64,000 nucleotides of DNA from a virus (taxonomy: Duplodnaviria > Caudoviricetes), in IMG/VR virus record IMGVR_UViG_3300033463_000008. One strand, 5' to 3'. This document shows, in pieces, positions 49,932-58,705 of this stretch. How positions within the stretch are numbered: position 1 is the first letter of the stretch; each line of letters starts with the position of its first letter. Made by a program: the position numbers and the translations under genes. Below the pieces are notes generated by a model. The model saw nothing but the letters and a program-made list of their open reading frames with translations. It did no database searches and was not told where the DNA came from.

Positions 49932-51869
49932 CTAGGCATTCACCGGCTTACGGGCAATTTTCCCGGTAAGTTTACGAGCTGCTGGATTAGCAGGGGACGT
50001 AGTTCCGCCTTTAAACATCATCACGCTTCCGAGGTTATTGATAAGCCTATCAATTGCCTTCCAGGAATAGCCAGCAAGCGGACATCCCTTTCCAAGCATG
50101 ATGGAACGAATCATGTTCACAAAATTCGGCGGCACCTCGGCAAGACTTACCGTCTCATCATTCACTTGTGCATATCCAGCCGGAAGTCCCCGAATGATAT
50201 TATCCATATAAATACCGAAACTGTCCTGGATCAATCTAATTGCATTGGCACCCACCGCATTCTTAGTTGCTTTATTCAATGCATCGCATTGTGCTGCAGT
50301 CAAGGCAGGATTTTCTAAAAGTGGCTCACCCTGTTCAAGTTTTTGCATAATCTCCGGGTTACCGGACAAAATATCTTGAACAACCCCAGTGGTCTTGTCA
50401 GGAATCCCAAACAGCGTCTTAATTAATACAAATGTCGGTGTGCCCTTCCCAAGTACACGAAGAAGATCAAGTATTGTAGCACCCGGGTTTAACGGGTCGC
50501 TGCTATAGATTGCGTAGCCGTCATTAAGCGACGCCTTGAGTTCATTGGCACCATCTTCAATCGTTTCAATATACGCATCCGGAATTTCATCCTCAGATAC
50601 ATCACTTAATTCAGAACCGCCAAGCGAACTTACATCACCCACCCACACGGTCGGCATGATTTCTTCCACAATCGATTCAGTGGAAGGTACTTCGCCCTTC
50701 TTATATCCCAACTTTCTAAGCAACCCGGCTAGGTCAGTTTGGTTACATTCTTCGGCATTGAACTTACCGGAATTTACAAGCTTACTTACGGCAAAATAGC
50801 ACTGCTCCAGTTGCGACCAGTCCATGTTTTGCAATTCAGGATTGGTGTAGCCCAAATCATTAATCATCTTTATCAGCCGAGAACCAATCGCTGCATTATT
50901 CTGGTTAGGTTCTTCTTCAGGTGCCTCTTCAATTCCAACACCAAGTTGTTCAGACGCATCCTTAGCCGATGAGAAATGCTGGTCCTCTTCATTATCGGAA
51001 TGGCGGACTTCCTGTGCGCTTACGTCTTCATCCAAGTTGTTGTTTTCTTCAATTTCAAACGTGCCTTCATTAGACATCACATCAGCGGCAGTATCATCAG
51101 ATTTCTTTTTGGACCCACCCTTTTTACCGCTGCCTTTTTCAGTAGTATCATACTTGCTATATACCGCCCCGCTATATTGCTCGTCATCACCGGCAATATG
51201 CTGCTTTTCCACACCGCCCATATGGCTTTTTGCAAATTCAACTAATTGTTCATTGGTCGGCTCTGACAAACCTATGGATGCAAGGGCATCATTAGTTGTC
51301 ACTTGTCCAGGCCATGGTATATTACGCGATTTATACTGGTCAATTGCCCACTGGCGCTTAATGAAATTCTTATTTTCCTTTCGGCTGACAAGATTCTCTA
51401 TATTAGTGCCATACAATTCCTTTCCACAAATATATGCGGAAACCCCATTGCTTTCCAGAAGAACGCCAGCAACATCCATGATAGCCTCTACCTGAATAGT
51501 GTCAAGACCCATATCGAACAGGGTGTTACGCATCTTGTCTTCACGGCTTTCACCAAGGGCATGACGAAACTCCGGAGTAGGGGCAGCATCATCCTTATAC
51601 TGTTCATACGGGACATAGTCAATCCATGAATCCATCGACTCCACGACACGTGCCTTGAATTCTTCCGGCGTACCGCTACCGGCTTCACTCGACCCGTCAC
51701 CGAGATAAATGGTGTAGGACAATGTTCCATCGCCATTGTCGGTGCATTCGGCGAGCGTTCCCTCGCTATTCGGGAGAGACACTACAATAGTGCCATCCGC
51801 TTTCTTAGAAACGGCTGCCCCACTCTTGGAAAGCAGGTCCGAAATTGTGTCAAAGATTTCTTCGTTCAT
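49932..51869 (-). CDS. Large acidic multi-segment protein; candidate internal head protein (start likely ATG 51869)
   Basis: ATGA overlap with the upstream ORF; late box 51900-51907; internal module ending VLLE|S. Confidence 0.75.
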   Translation of the reverse strand: MNEEIFDTISDLLSKSGAAVSKKADGTIVVSLPNSEGTLAECTDNGDGTLSYTIYLGDGSSEAGSGTPEEFKARVVESMDSWIDYVPYEQYKDDAAPTPEFRHALGESREDKMRNTLFDMGLDTIQVEAIMDVAGVLLESNGVSAYICGKELYGTNIENLVSRKENKNFIKRQWAIDQYKSRNIPWPGQVTTNDALASIGLSEPTNEQLVEFAKSHMGGVEKQHIAGDDEQYSGAVYSKYDTTEKGSGKKGGSKKKSDDTAADVMSNEGTFEIEENNNLDEDVSAQEVRHSDNEEDQHFSSAKDASEQLGVGIEEAPEEEPNQNNAAIGSRLIKMINDLGYTNPELQNMDWSQLEQCYFAVSKLVNSGKFNAEECNQTDLAGLLRKLGYKKGEVPSTESIVEEIMPTVWVGDVSSLGGSELSDVSEDEIPDAYIETIEDGANELKASLNDGYAIYSSDPLNPGATILDLLRVLGKGTPTFVLIKTLFGIPDKTTGVVQDILSGNPEIMQKLEQGEPLLENPALTAAQCDALNKATKNAVGANAIRLIQDSFGIYMDNIIRGLPAGYAQVNDETVSLAEVPPNFVNMIRSIMLGKGCPLAGYSWKAIDRLINNLGSVMMFKGGTTSPANPAARKLTGKIARKPVNA

Positions 51870-52057
51870 GGTATAGTCCAAAAATGTTTCTTTTCAGGGA
51901 GTTTATAAGGTTTATCAATGTCTACCCAAGTGCCATCGCGAACAACCTGGTGTATTATTTGAAAATCTTCCTGTGCAGGGACATTACTGATTTCAAACGT
52001 GAAAATGCCCAGAAGCACCAAAAGAGCCATAATCAGAAGCAATATAGGATGCTTCAT
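51866..52057 (-). CDS. 63-aa membrane-anchored/secreted peptide
   Basis: Starts 2 nt after the 52060 stop; ends in an ATGA overlap; hydrophobic N-terminus. Confidence 0.6.
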   Translation of the reverse strand: MKHPILLLIMALLVLLGIFTFEISNVPAQEDFQIIHQVVRDGTWVDIDKPYKLPEKKHFWTIP

Positions 52058-52059
52058 AG

Positions 52060-52632
52060 TCAGCTTGCCGCACCAGCGCCGGCACCGCCGCCACCACCGC
52101 CACCGGCGCCATCACCGGCATATACGCCATTCTGGTTGTTCGGGCATGTGACCGAATATCCGCACTGCATTGGCATGCGGGTCAAGTTGAGATTCCACTG
52201 CATCGGGTTGGGCAGATGTTCCTTGGCCCGCTTAATCATCTGATCAATGGGCACGGACTGCAGTGCATCTGACTTGTATTTGTTAAGTCCGGTAATCTGT
52301 CCCCCGGAAATCAAGTCGGGAACATTCCATTTCGCATCGCGGGTTTCCTCGCCTATGTCACGAGTGCAATGCCCACTTACGCTAACTCCGCCATCAGGAA
52401 GGACATCAGGAGCCGACGTTCCGGATGTATTGGCGGCATTCGGGACTACGTGGGTAAAGCCCTTCCAGTCGATTACGGCATTCTGTCGTACCGAATCAGG
52501 CACCATAAGCGGGCGGAAAAAGTTCCCCTCGCAGAGTGCACGAAATGTTTCCGCAGCTTCTACCACACCACGGTCACCAGTCGCCTCGAAGAGGCCCTTC
52601 ATAAATTCCAGGTACTTGATTGCCGGAACCAT
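52060..52632 (-). CDS. Hypothetical protein with poly-Gly tail; candidate internal head protein
   Basis: N-terminal module ending ALCE|G. Confidence 0.75.
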   Translation of the reverse strand: MVPAIKYLEFMKGLFEATGDRGVVEAAETFRALCEGNFFRPLMVPDSVRQNAVIDWKGFTHVVPNAANTSGTSAPDVLPDGGVSVSGHCTRDIGEETRDAKWNVPDLISGGQITGLNKYKSDALQSVPIDQMIKRAKEHLPNPMQWNLNLTRMPMQCGYSVTCPNNQNGVYAGDGAGGGGGGGAGAGAAS

Positions 52633-52636
52633 TTAA

Positions 52637-53002
52637 TTACCCCTGCGCATTGGCAACTTGTTTCTGGTTCTGTTCATTCAGTGTATTCTTGGCATTCAGT
52701 TCCTGCTGCAATTCACCAAGGGTTTGCCCTGCTGCAGCGGTAGTCTGGTCAAGCTGGGCCTGGGCATTGTCAACCTGCTGTTTTTCCTGAGCGGCCTTGT
52801 TGGCAATGTTGGCAAGCACCTTGGCGCCTTCCGGATTTTCCGTAAGGGCAGCCGGGTCAACCGGGATACTGTTTTCAGTAGTGCCACCATTCTGAACCTG
52901 GGTAGAATCGGCCTCGAAAAGGCATTCCCACGCAGCCACAGCTGCATTACCCATTGCAGGAACACCCGCACATGATTCCAAAATTGTCTGCTTAAAATTC
53001 AT
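52637..53002 (-). CDS. Gln/Ala-rich coiled-coil protein; candidate internal head protein
   Basis: GAGG RBS; late box 53020-53027; module ending CLFE|A. Confidence 0.8.
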   Translation of the reverse strand: MNFKQTILESCAGVPAMGNAAVAAWECLFEADSTQVQNGGTTENSIPVDPAALTENPEGAKVLANIANKAAQEKQQVDNAQAQLDQTTAAAGQTLGELQQELNAKNTLNEQNQKQVANAQG

Positions 53003-53027
53003 ATTAAACCTCGGCTTGCAGTTTATA

Positions 53028-53049
53028 AAAAATGCCTCCCGTAGGAGGC
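53028..53049 (-). terminator. Intrinsic terminator abutting a late box
   Basis: gcctcc-cgta-ggaggc; the T-tract runs into TATAAACT. Confidence 0.7.
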
Positions 53050-53081
53050 TAGTTCCTGAAAGAAATCAGGACGCTGTAAGT

Positions 53082-53354
53082 TTAAGGTCTCCACCACGGC
53101 GCATACGGCCAGTACCATCGGTAATGGGGTTCCGCACACGGTGAACAGCAACCGCATGGCGGGGGTGGGGGATCCGGCTGGTTCGGTATGTAGTATGGGT
53201 GACATACATGCATCATCCAGTCAACTGGACGACCAACCATATGTTCAAATACGGGCCGCGGATGAATGGGACCATGATTTCTGTAATAGTCAGGGTCCCG
53301 TTCTACCCCAAAATATCCGTAGTCACCCGTCTGATAGCAATCCACGGTAGCCAT
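53082..53354 (-). CDS. Pro/Cys/Trp/Tyr-rich small protein
   Basis: Coupled to the holin-like gene (2-nt gap). Confidence 0.65.
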   Translation of the reverse strand: MATVDCYQTGDYGYFGVERDPDYYRNHGPIHPRPVFEHMVGRPVDWMMHVCHPYYIPNQPDPPPPPCGCCSPCAEPHYRWYWPYAPWWRP

Positions 53355-53356
53355 AT

Positions 53357-53770
53357 CTACTTCCTCGGTGCCCGTTTCCGCGAGCCGGTCTTAGGTTTAA
53401 CTTGTTTGACAGTCGTTTCATTCGGCATGACTGAAATCAACTTATGGATAGTATGGATATAAGAATTGCCCCCAAGCTTTTCGTATGCAACATTCAGCTT
53501 CTCGAAGTTTTCACGGTCATTTTCATAGATAAATCCACGATCAATCGACCGGTAATATACCTCGGTAAGTTGGTTACGCAATGTAGCTTGAAGGGCTTCC
53601 TTCACCAAGTTCATTTCGGCTTCGAACGCCTTCTTATTGGTGAATTGCTCCACTATCCAGTTTCGCAAGGGTTTTACGAGTGTACCCACTGCAATGAGCA
53701 GGCCTGTTACAGCAACAATGAATGTTGACACCATGTTGATTTTAGCAGTAATGAACTCGAGTGTAGACAT
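53357..53770 (-). CDS. Holin-like membrane protein
   Basis: One N-terminal TM helix, then the LR..Y....G.I...YEKLGGNS motif of a common phage holin-annotated family; late box 53802-53809. Confidence 0.65.
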   Translation of the reverse strand: MSTLEFITAKINMVSTFIVAVTGLLIAVGTLVKPLRNWIVEQFTNKKAFEAEMNLVKEALQATLRNQLTEVYYRSIDRGFIYENDRENFEKLNVAYEKLGGNSYIHTIHKLISVMPNETTVKQVKPKTGSRKRAPRK

Positions 53771-53825
53771 TTAGTTCCCCGGGATTGGCTTTCACCAACT
53801 GAGTTTATAATTTACCTGTAATTTT

Positions 53826-54833
53826 CTAACAAGTGTACCCGGTTCCGTGGCAAATTGGACAGGCATCCCCGGTGAACGAATCGACACCCGTACCGTCACA
53901 GTGGGAGCAAATCCCCTCGTCTTCCTGTTCTTCGCTGAAATCGTACCCTTCCCGGTCCCTATCCCACGTATGAGACGGAATCTTGCTAAATTCCTTCTCA
54001 TCGGAGAAGTTTCCGCTGTTCGCCTGGTATCCCGGACGTTCATAACGGAGGATAATTTCCTTCATCATCGGGTGGCGGACGATATCATCGACATCCAGTT
54101 CAACGAAACCGATACCCCGGACCCCGCTAAGCAGTCTGATTGCATCGGAAAAGCCCGAAGTAGCCTTGTCCGGCAAGTCGCACTGGTTCGGGTCCCCACA
54201 AATAATCATCTTGGAGCCTCGCCCAAGCCGGGTAATCATCATCTTCATCTGCATCGGGGTGACGTTCTGGAACTCGTCGCACACGATGTATGACTTGGAC
54301 AACGTCGAACCACGGATGTAGGCCAGGGGGCAAACCCTGACCCGGTCATAGAAGTCCACCTGCGGCGGAACTTCCTTCGCGCTGGCCCGAAGCCGCTTCT
54401 TTTCCTTTGCAGTCAAGGGTTCGCGCTTTACGACTTCCTTCTCAGGATCGTGCTGCTTCGGATAGCCCTTAATCATTGCAATGGCATCTTTCAGCGGCTG
54501 CATGTAAGGGGCAACCTTCTCATCCAGTGAACCTGGCAGGAAACCAAGCTCCTCGCCACCGGTAACGACCGGTCGCGTAAGGATGAGCCTTTCGTACTTT
54601 CCATTGTCGATACCGTCTATGCCGACCCAAGTGGCAATGGCGGTCTTACCGGTTCCGGATGGACCTGATACGAAAATGATGTCATGGGAATTGATTGCGT
54701 CGACCAGCTTCTGCTGGCCAAGCGTCTTTTCATATATAGTGCGACCGTTGCGGTCGTTGATGATTGGTCTCCCGCAAAATTTGTTGTCCATGCGATAGAG
54801 GTCCCGCGTTGTCGTGTGGCTGAATTGCCACAC
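53826..54833 (-). CDS. phoH: PhoH-family ATPase with C-terminal zinc finger
   Basis: GPSGTGKT, LTRP..GFLPG, PLAYIRGST, DEFQN, TRLG, GDPNQCD, IVRHP. Confidence 0.95.
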   Translation of the reverse strand: MWQFSHTTTRDLYRMDNKFCGRPIINDRNGRTIYEKTLGQQKLVDAINSHDIIFVSGPSGTGKTAIATWVGIDGIDNGKYERLILTRPVVTGGEELGFLPGSLDEKVAPYMQPLKDAIAMIKGYPKQHDPEKEVVKREPLTAKEKKRLRASAKEVPPQVDFYDRVRVCPLAYIRGSTLSKSYIVCDEFQNVTPMQMKMMITRLGRGSKMIICGDPNQCDLPDKATSGFSDAIRLLSGVRGIGFVELDVDDIVRHPMMKEIILRYERPGYQANSGNFSDEKEFSKIPSHTWDRDREGYDFSEEQEDEGICSHCDGTGVDSFTGDACPICHGTGYTC

Positions 54834-54848
54834 ACTTCTAGCTTATAA

Positions 54849-56237
54849 CTACTTCTGATATGCCTCGATAACCTGTCCGATGGTGTCAAATTCTTCATTT
54901 TTGCCATCTTCCGGTTCGACAACCCACTTTTTGCTGTCATAATCGTAGCGGAACGGTATCTTCTTGATGACATCCTTGTCACGGAAGATGAGTTCATCGT
55001 CCTGTTCACCAACATGCTTGGCAATGACGCCATCGGCCTTGATGAGGAACGCGCAGTCACCATATCCAAGGTCATAGTGCTTCAAATACGAACAACCGAC
55101 CGGGAGGGCGAACAGCCACCCCTGCTTGCCCCGTCCTCCGTCATACATCGTAGTGTAGGCAAGGTGGTCAAGTACCGTAGTACCGTTGGCAAAGCCACCC
55201 TTCTTGATTTTCGGGTAAGCCTTATCGTTTGTAAAGTGAACCGCCCAGGCGCCTTCCTTGATATGGGCGTCCTTGAAGTAATTGAAGGCTTTCTTGGTTG
55301 TATCGACATACCCCTTGGAGTCCTTGATGTCTTCCGTCGGTTTCTTGCCGAGATACCTGTTCAATTTCTTCATATTCCCATCTACGGATTCCATTGCACC
55401 TGCGTAGCCGGACCGGTACGCGTTACGCACAGTATCAACAAGTTTCTGATCTACCTGCTTATTCGGCGCAATCTCGGGATTTTTCGATGCAGAGTTCACA
55501 TATGCATCACGGAATTCTCCCGACTTAAGAAACTTTTCCCACGGATAAACGCCATGCCTGGTAATAAACACCTCGATCATGGCCATGTCGTTTTTCAGCT
55601 GCGCAACTGCATAGTCACGATTGCTCGATTCACATAAAGGAACTACATGCGTTCTGGAAACGCCTTCAGTGATGTCATACAGTGACAGGATTGATTCTAT
55701 GAGAGCTCGGTGCCCGGGTGTCACCTTGCACACCGAATCCATGATGTTACGGTACGCGGCGCGGTGTTCATCACGGATTTTCTGTGGATTCACCCTAATG
55801 TAGTCATCCATCAGGTTGCCACGCTTTTCGGCTTTCTTGAAGTCGGGCGTTTGCCTCATCTGGTTAAACTCACGGTTGCCGTAGGTTTTCAGAAAATATG
55901 TGATGTCGTCACATGCCTGGAGGAAACGGTTATAATCATTTTCCCAAGTCTTGCGGTCATTGTCAATCAGGAACTGCTTTGCCTTTTGTTGCTGAGGCGT
56001 GAAGTCACGATGTTTCAAGCCAAGAGTATTTTCGGGTGGCGGGGTCCGCTTGGCCGCATTGGCTCCGCCAACGATCTTGTTTTTCAGTCTTCCCACCAGG
56101 CTCCGGGCACGGTTAAAGAAATTATCCATGCCTTCCAATACCACATACTCCTTCAAGGCGCATTCAAGCAATGGCCGATTCTCGTCGGTAGCCAAAGCAA
56201 CAACTGAATTTATGAACTCTCGGTGTCTCTGTTCCAT
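54849..56237 (-). CDS. Multi-module protein with C-terminal ADP-ribosyltransferase-like domain (start 56237 or 56255)
   Basis: VHFT..IKKGGF..GWLFA..YG..DELIF layout; late box 56261-56268; repeated modules ending VLE|G, ITE|G, AME|S. Confidence 0.55.
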   Translation of the reverse strand: MEQRHREFINSVVALATDENRPLLECALKEYVVLEGMDNFFNRARSLVGRLKNKIVGGANAAKRTPPPENTLGLKHRDFTPQQQKAKQFLIDNDRKTWENDYNRFLQACDDITYFLKTYGNREFNQMRQTPDFKKAEKRGNLMDDYIRVNPQKIRDEHRAAYRNIMDSVCKVTPGHRALIESILSLYDITEGVSRTHVVPLCESSNRDYAVAQLKNDMAMIEVFITRHGVYPWEKFLKSGEFRDAYVNSASKNPEIAPNKQVDQKLVDTVRNAYRSGYAGAMESVDGNMKKLNRYLGKKPTEDIKDSKGYVDTTKKAFNYFKDAHIKEGAWAVHFTNDKAYPKIKKGGFANGTTVLDHLAYTTMYDGGRGKQGWLFALPVGCSYLKHYDLGYGDCAFLIKADGVIAKHVGEQDDELIFRDKDVIKKIPFRYDYDSKKWVVEPEDGKNEEFDTIGQVIEAYQK

Positions 56238-56271
56238 ATTGCAATTCCTCTGCATGGAGCAGTTTATACAG

Positions 56272-56294
56272 AAAGGGTGCCTAACGGCACCCTT
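56272..56294 (-). terminator. Intrinsic terminator
   Basis: aagggtgcc-taac-ggcaccctt. Confidence 0.75.
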
Positions 56295-56326
56295 GTTGAT
56301 TTAAGGAGGTCAGTTACGAAAATAAA

Positions 56327-56959
56327 TTACTTGCTCTTTTTGGCCTTTGTTGCAGGCTTCTTGCCCGTCTTGGTGGTCTTGACGGCCTTGCCGGGCTTGG
56401 CAACCTTACCGGACTTCTTGGCTGTTTTACCCTTCTTATCATCCAATTTCAGGAGATGCTTATTGACAAATTCCTTAGAAAGCACGGGTTTCTTCTCGTC
56501 ATTCGAAGCAAATTCCCCCAAAGATTTTTTTAAAGCCTTCTCGGCAGCTTCGGAATTCGGCTTGCGCTTACGAACAGTATTCTTTTTGGCAGCCGGGGCA
56601 ACGGTTGCCTGCTTTTCAACGCGCTTAACCGGAGTGGCCGGGACTGGATTCACCGGAATCGGTTCTGTTGTAACAGCCGGTACCTGAGTAAGCTTAGGTT
56701 CATTGGCAAACTGAGGGTTTTCTTCTGCTGGTTCACCAGCCTGTTCGGTAGACGGTTCAGTAGATGACTCGGCAACGTGTTCGGTTTCTTCTTCGGCCTC
56801 TTCGACCTGGATTCGGTTGCGACGGCGAACCACGTAGAGCGGAATGCCAAATACGATTACTGCAATGAGTACCGCTATAATAGCAATGATAGTTTCTCCA
56901 CTCATCACCGCAACCGGCTCTGTCGCAGCCATTGTAGCTATAGATACTGTTTCTGACAT
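56327..56959 (-). CDS. Single-TM protein with acidic linker and Lys-rich tail
   Basis: IIAIIAVLIAVIVFGIPLYVVRRR; AGGAG RBS. Confidence 0.8.
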   Translation of the reverse strand: MSETVSIATMAATEPVAVMSGETIIAIIAVLIAVIVFGIPLYVVRRRNRIQVEEAEEETEHVAESSTEPSTEQAGEPAEENPQFANEPKLTQVPAVTTEPIPVNPVPATPVKRVEKQATVAPAAKKNTVRKRKPNSEAAEKALKKSLGEFASNDEKKPVLSKEFVNKHLLKLDDKKGKTAKKSGKVAKPGKAVKTTKTGKKPATKAKKSK

Positions 56960-57033
56960 GATAACTCCTGGTGTTATGGGTTTCAGGTTTCTAAAGGAAA
57001 ACTACATCACTCGGATGATATAAACTGATTTTT

Positions 57034-57291
57034 ATGGCACGTAAGAACAAAAATAATATTGAAAACGAAACAATCGACATCATCCAGGATGCCGAAGTGC
57101 CGGCATTGGCCGAAATGCCGCCTACACCCATTGAACCGGAACCCCAGAAACCGGTAGCCACCAAGTACCCATCAAGTACCCATCAAGCACCCGTGCCGCC
57201 AAAGAAACGGATACGCATCAGGCCCAGCCAGAAAAAGAAGCTGTCGGTCGCTGTCCTGTGCACAAATCCATTAACACGACGTTTTATTTAA
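57034..57291 (+). CDS. Small Pro-rich basic protein
   Basis: Late box 57019-57026, 7 nt before the ATG; terminator follows. Confidence 0.7.
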   Translation: MARKNKNNIENETIDIIQDAEVPALAEMPPTPIEPEPQKPVATKYPSSTHQAPVPPKKRIRIRPSQKKKLSVAVLCTNPLTRRFI

Positions 57292-57292
57292 G

Positions 57293-57320
57293 AAAAAAGG
57301 TGGCCAATCGGCCACCTTTT
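57293..57320. terminator. Bidirectional terminator
   Basis: aaaaggtggcc-aatc-ggccacctttt. Confidence 0.85.
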
Positions 57321-57336
57321 CCTTTATGAAGCTGTA

Positions 57337-57500
57337 CGGAATGCACGGATTGTAAATGAACTACCCACACGCTAAAGACGTGTGGGTTTCCACAGCATCT
57401 GCGAGTGATGTTTCCAAGGCTGCTCCCCTAACGGGGTTCATAGAATCCTCGGCGTAAATTCCGGCTGTCCGAGCCGTATTGTTTAACCTGAACGCGAACT
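57337..57500 (-). ncRNA. Putative omegaRNA (reRNA) of TnpB; boundaries approximate
   Basis: Known TnpB architecture: scaffold overlaps the tnpB 3' end and right end, guide is the flank (TTTACAATCCGTGCATTCCG). Confidence 0.55.
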
Positions 57501-58705
57501 TCTTGATGTTCTGTGCAGCGAGAAGGTCACGTTGATTTACGGAACTGCAAGCAGGACAAGTCCACACCCTATCGGATAATTTTAATCCCCTATAGACATA
57601 ACCACAGGAACACATCTTGGAAGATGGCTCAAATCGTCCAATCCTTATGATGTTCTTTCCATACCATTCAGCCTTGTAGTCCATATAGGTATTGAATGTT
57701 CCAATGCTTATATCGGACAATGCCTGGGCAAGTTTGTGATTCTTAACCATATTGCTTGCAGACAAGGTTTCAAGGCATATTGTATCGTAGTGGTCTATCA
57801 AATACTTGGCGGTCTTATGTAAGAAATCCTTGCGTTTGTTCGTAACCTTCTCGTACTGACGGGCAAGCAACTTGACGGCTTTCTTCCGCTTGTTGCTTCC
57901 CTTGACTTTACGAGAAACGGAGCGTTGCAGACGCTTGAGTTTCTTCAAGACTTTCTTTAAGTATTTGGGGTTCTGTATTTCAGTCCCATCGCTTAATGTG
58001 GCGAACGTCTTGATACCCAAGTCCACGCCGACCGCTTTGTTCTCGTCTATCGGTGCTTTAGTTGGTAGGGTATCTTCGGTTTCTACAAGAATGGATATGA
58101 AATACTTACCCGTTGGTGTCCTGCTTACTGTACTTGTCTTTATCTTTCCGTTTAATTGTCGATCGAACTTGCATTTGATTCCTTCCTTGAACTTCGGCAA
58201 GAACACCCGCTTGGCATCATAGTCCACCGTAGTATTCTGCGGAACTTGGAAGGATTGTCGGTTGTCGTGCTTGGACTTGAACTTCGGGAAGCCCTTCTTC
58301 TCCTTGAAGAAGTGGGTGAACGCCATATCCAGGTTAAGCAGGGCTGCTTGGAGCGAGAGTGAATTGACTTCGGAGAGCCATTTTGTCGCATCGGCTTTCT
58401 TCATCTTCGGCAAGTCTGCCTGTATGGTGAAGCGGGACACGCTTTTCTTGGTTTCGGAGTAGGACTTTATTTTTCGTTCAAGCCCATAGTTGTAGATGTA
58501 TCTGGCACACCCGAAATGCTTGGATAGAAGCACCTCTTGTGTTTTTGTTGGACAGAGCCGATATTTGTATGCCTTCAACATCATACCTTAAATATACACT
58601 ATCCTTTAATGAGAAGCAAGTATTTTCTCTAAAAATTATAAGTTTCTGCTTACGGGCAATTCAACTCGCCCCACTGAAGATGGGTGGGATTTCTTGCCTA
58701 TTCCG
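57357..58705 (-). mobile_element. IS200/IS605-family (tnpB-only, IS1341-like) element; ends approximate
   Basis: Right-end hairpin ACCCACACG-TCTTTAG-CGTGTGGGT then AGTTCA; left-end hairpin with a TCTTCAG loop at 58667-58688; no tnpA. Confidence 0.8.
57361..58584 (-). CDS. tnpB: RNA-guided endonuclease TnpB
   Basis: KAYKYRLCP HTH, RuvC GVDLG / ICLETL / RDLLAAQNI, zinc finger CSCG..CPAC; promoter TTGCTT-17-TATATT 6 nt upstream. Confidence 0.95.
   Translation of the reverse strand: MMLKAYKYRLCPTKTQEVLLSKHFGCARYIYNYGLERKIKSYSETKKSVSRFTIQADLPKMKKADATKWLSEVNSLSLQAALLNLDMAFTHFFKEKKGFPKFKSKHDNRQSFQVPQNTTVDYDAKRVFLPKFKEGIKCKFDRQLNGKIKTSTVSRTPTGKYFISILVETEDTLPTKAPIDENKAVGVDLGIKTFATLSDGTEIQNPKYLKKVLKKLKRLQRSVSRKVKGSNKRKKAVKLLARQYEKVTNKRKDFLHKTAKYLIDHYDTICLETLSASNMVKNHKLAQALSDISIGTFNTYMDYKAEWYGKNIIRIGRFEPSSKMCSCGYVYRGLKLSDRVWTCPACSSVNQRDLLAAQNIKKFAFRLNNTARTAGIYAEDSMNPVRGAALETSLADAVETHTSLACG

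Noticed and set aside
52066-52120. GCC/ACC-rich tract as a contingency repeat
   Set aside because: Imperfect, and simply encodes a Gly/Ala tail.
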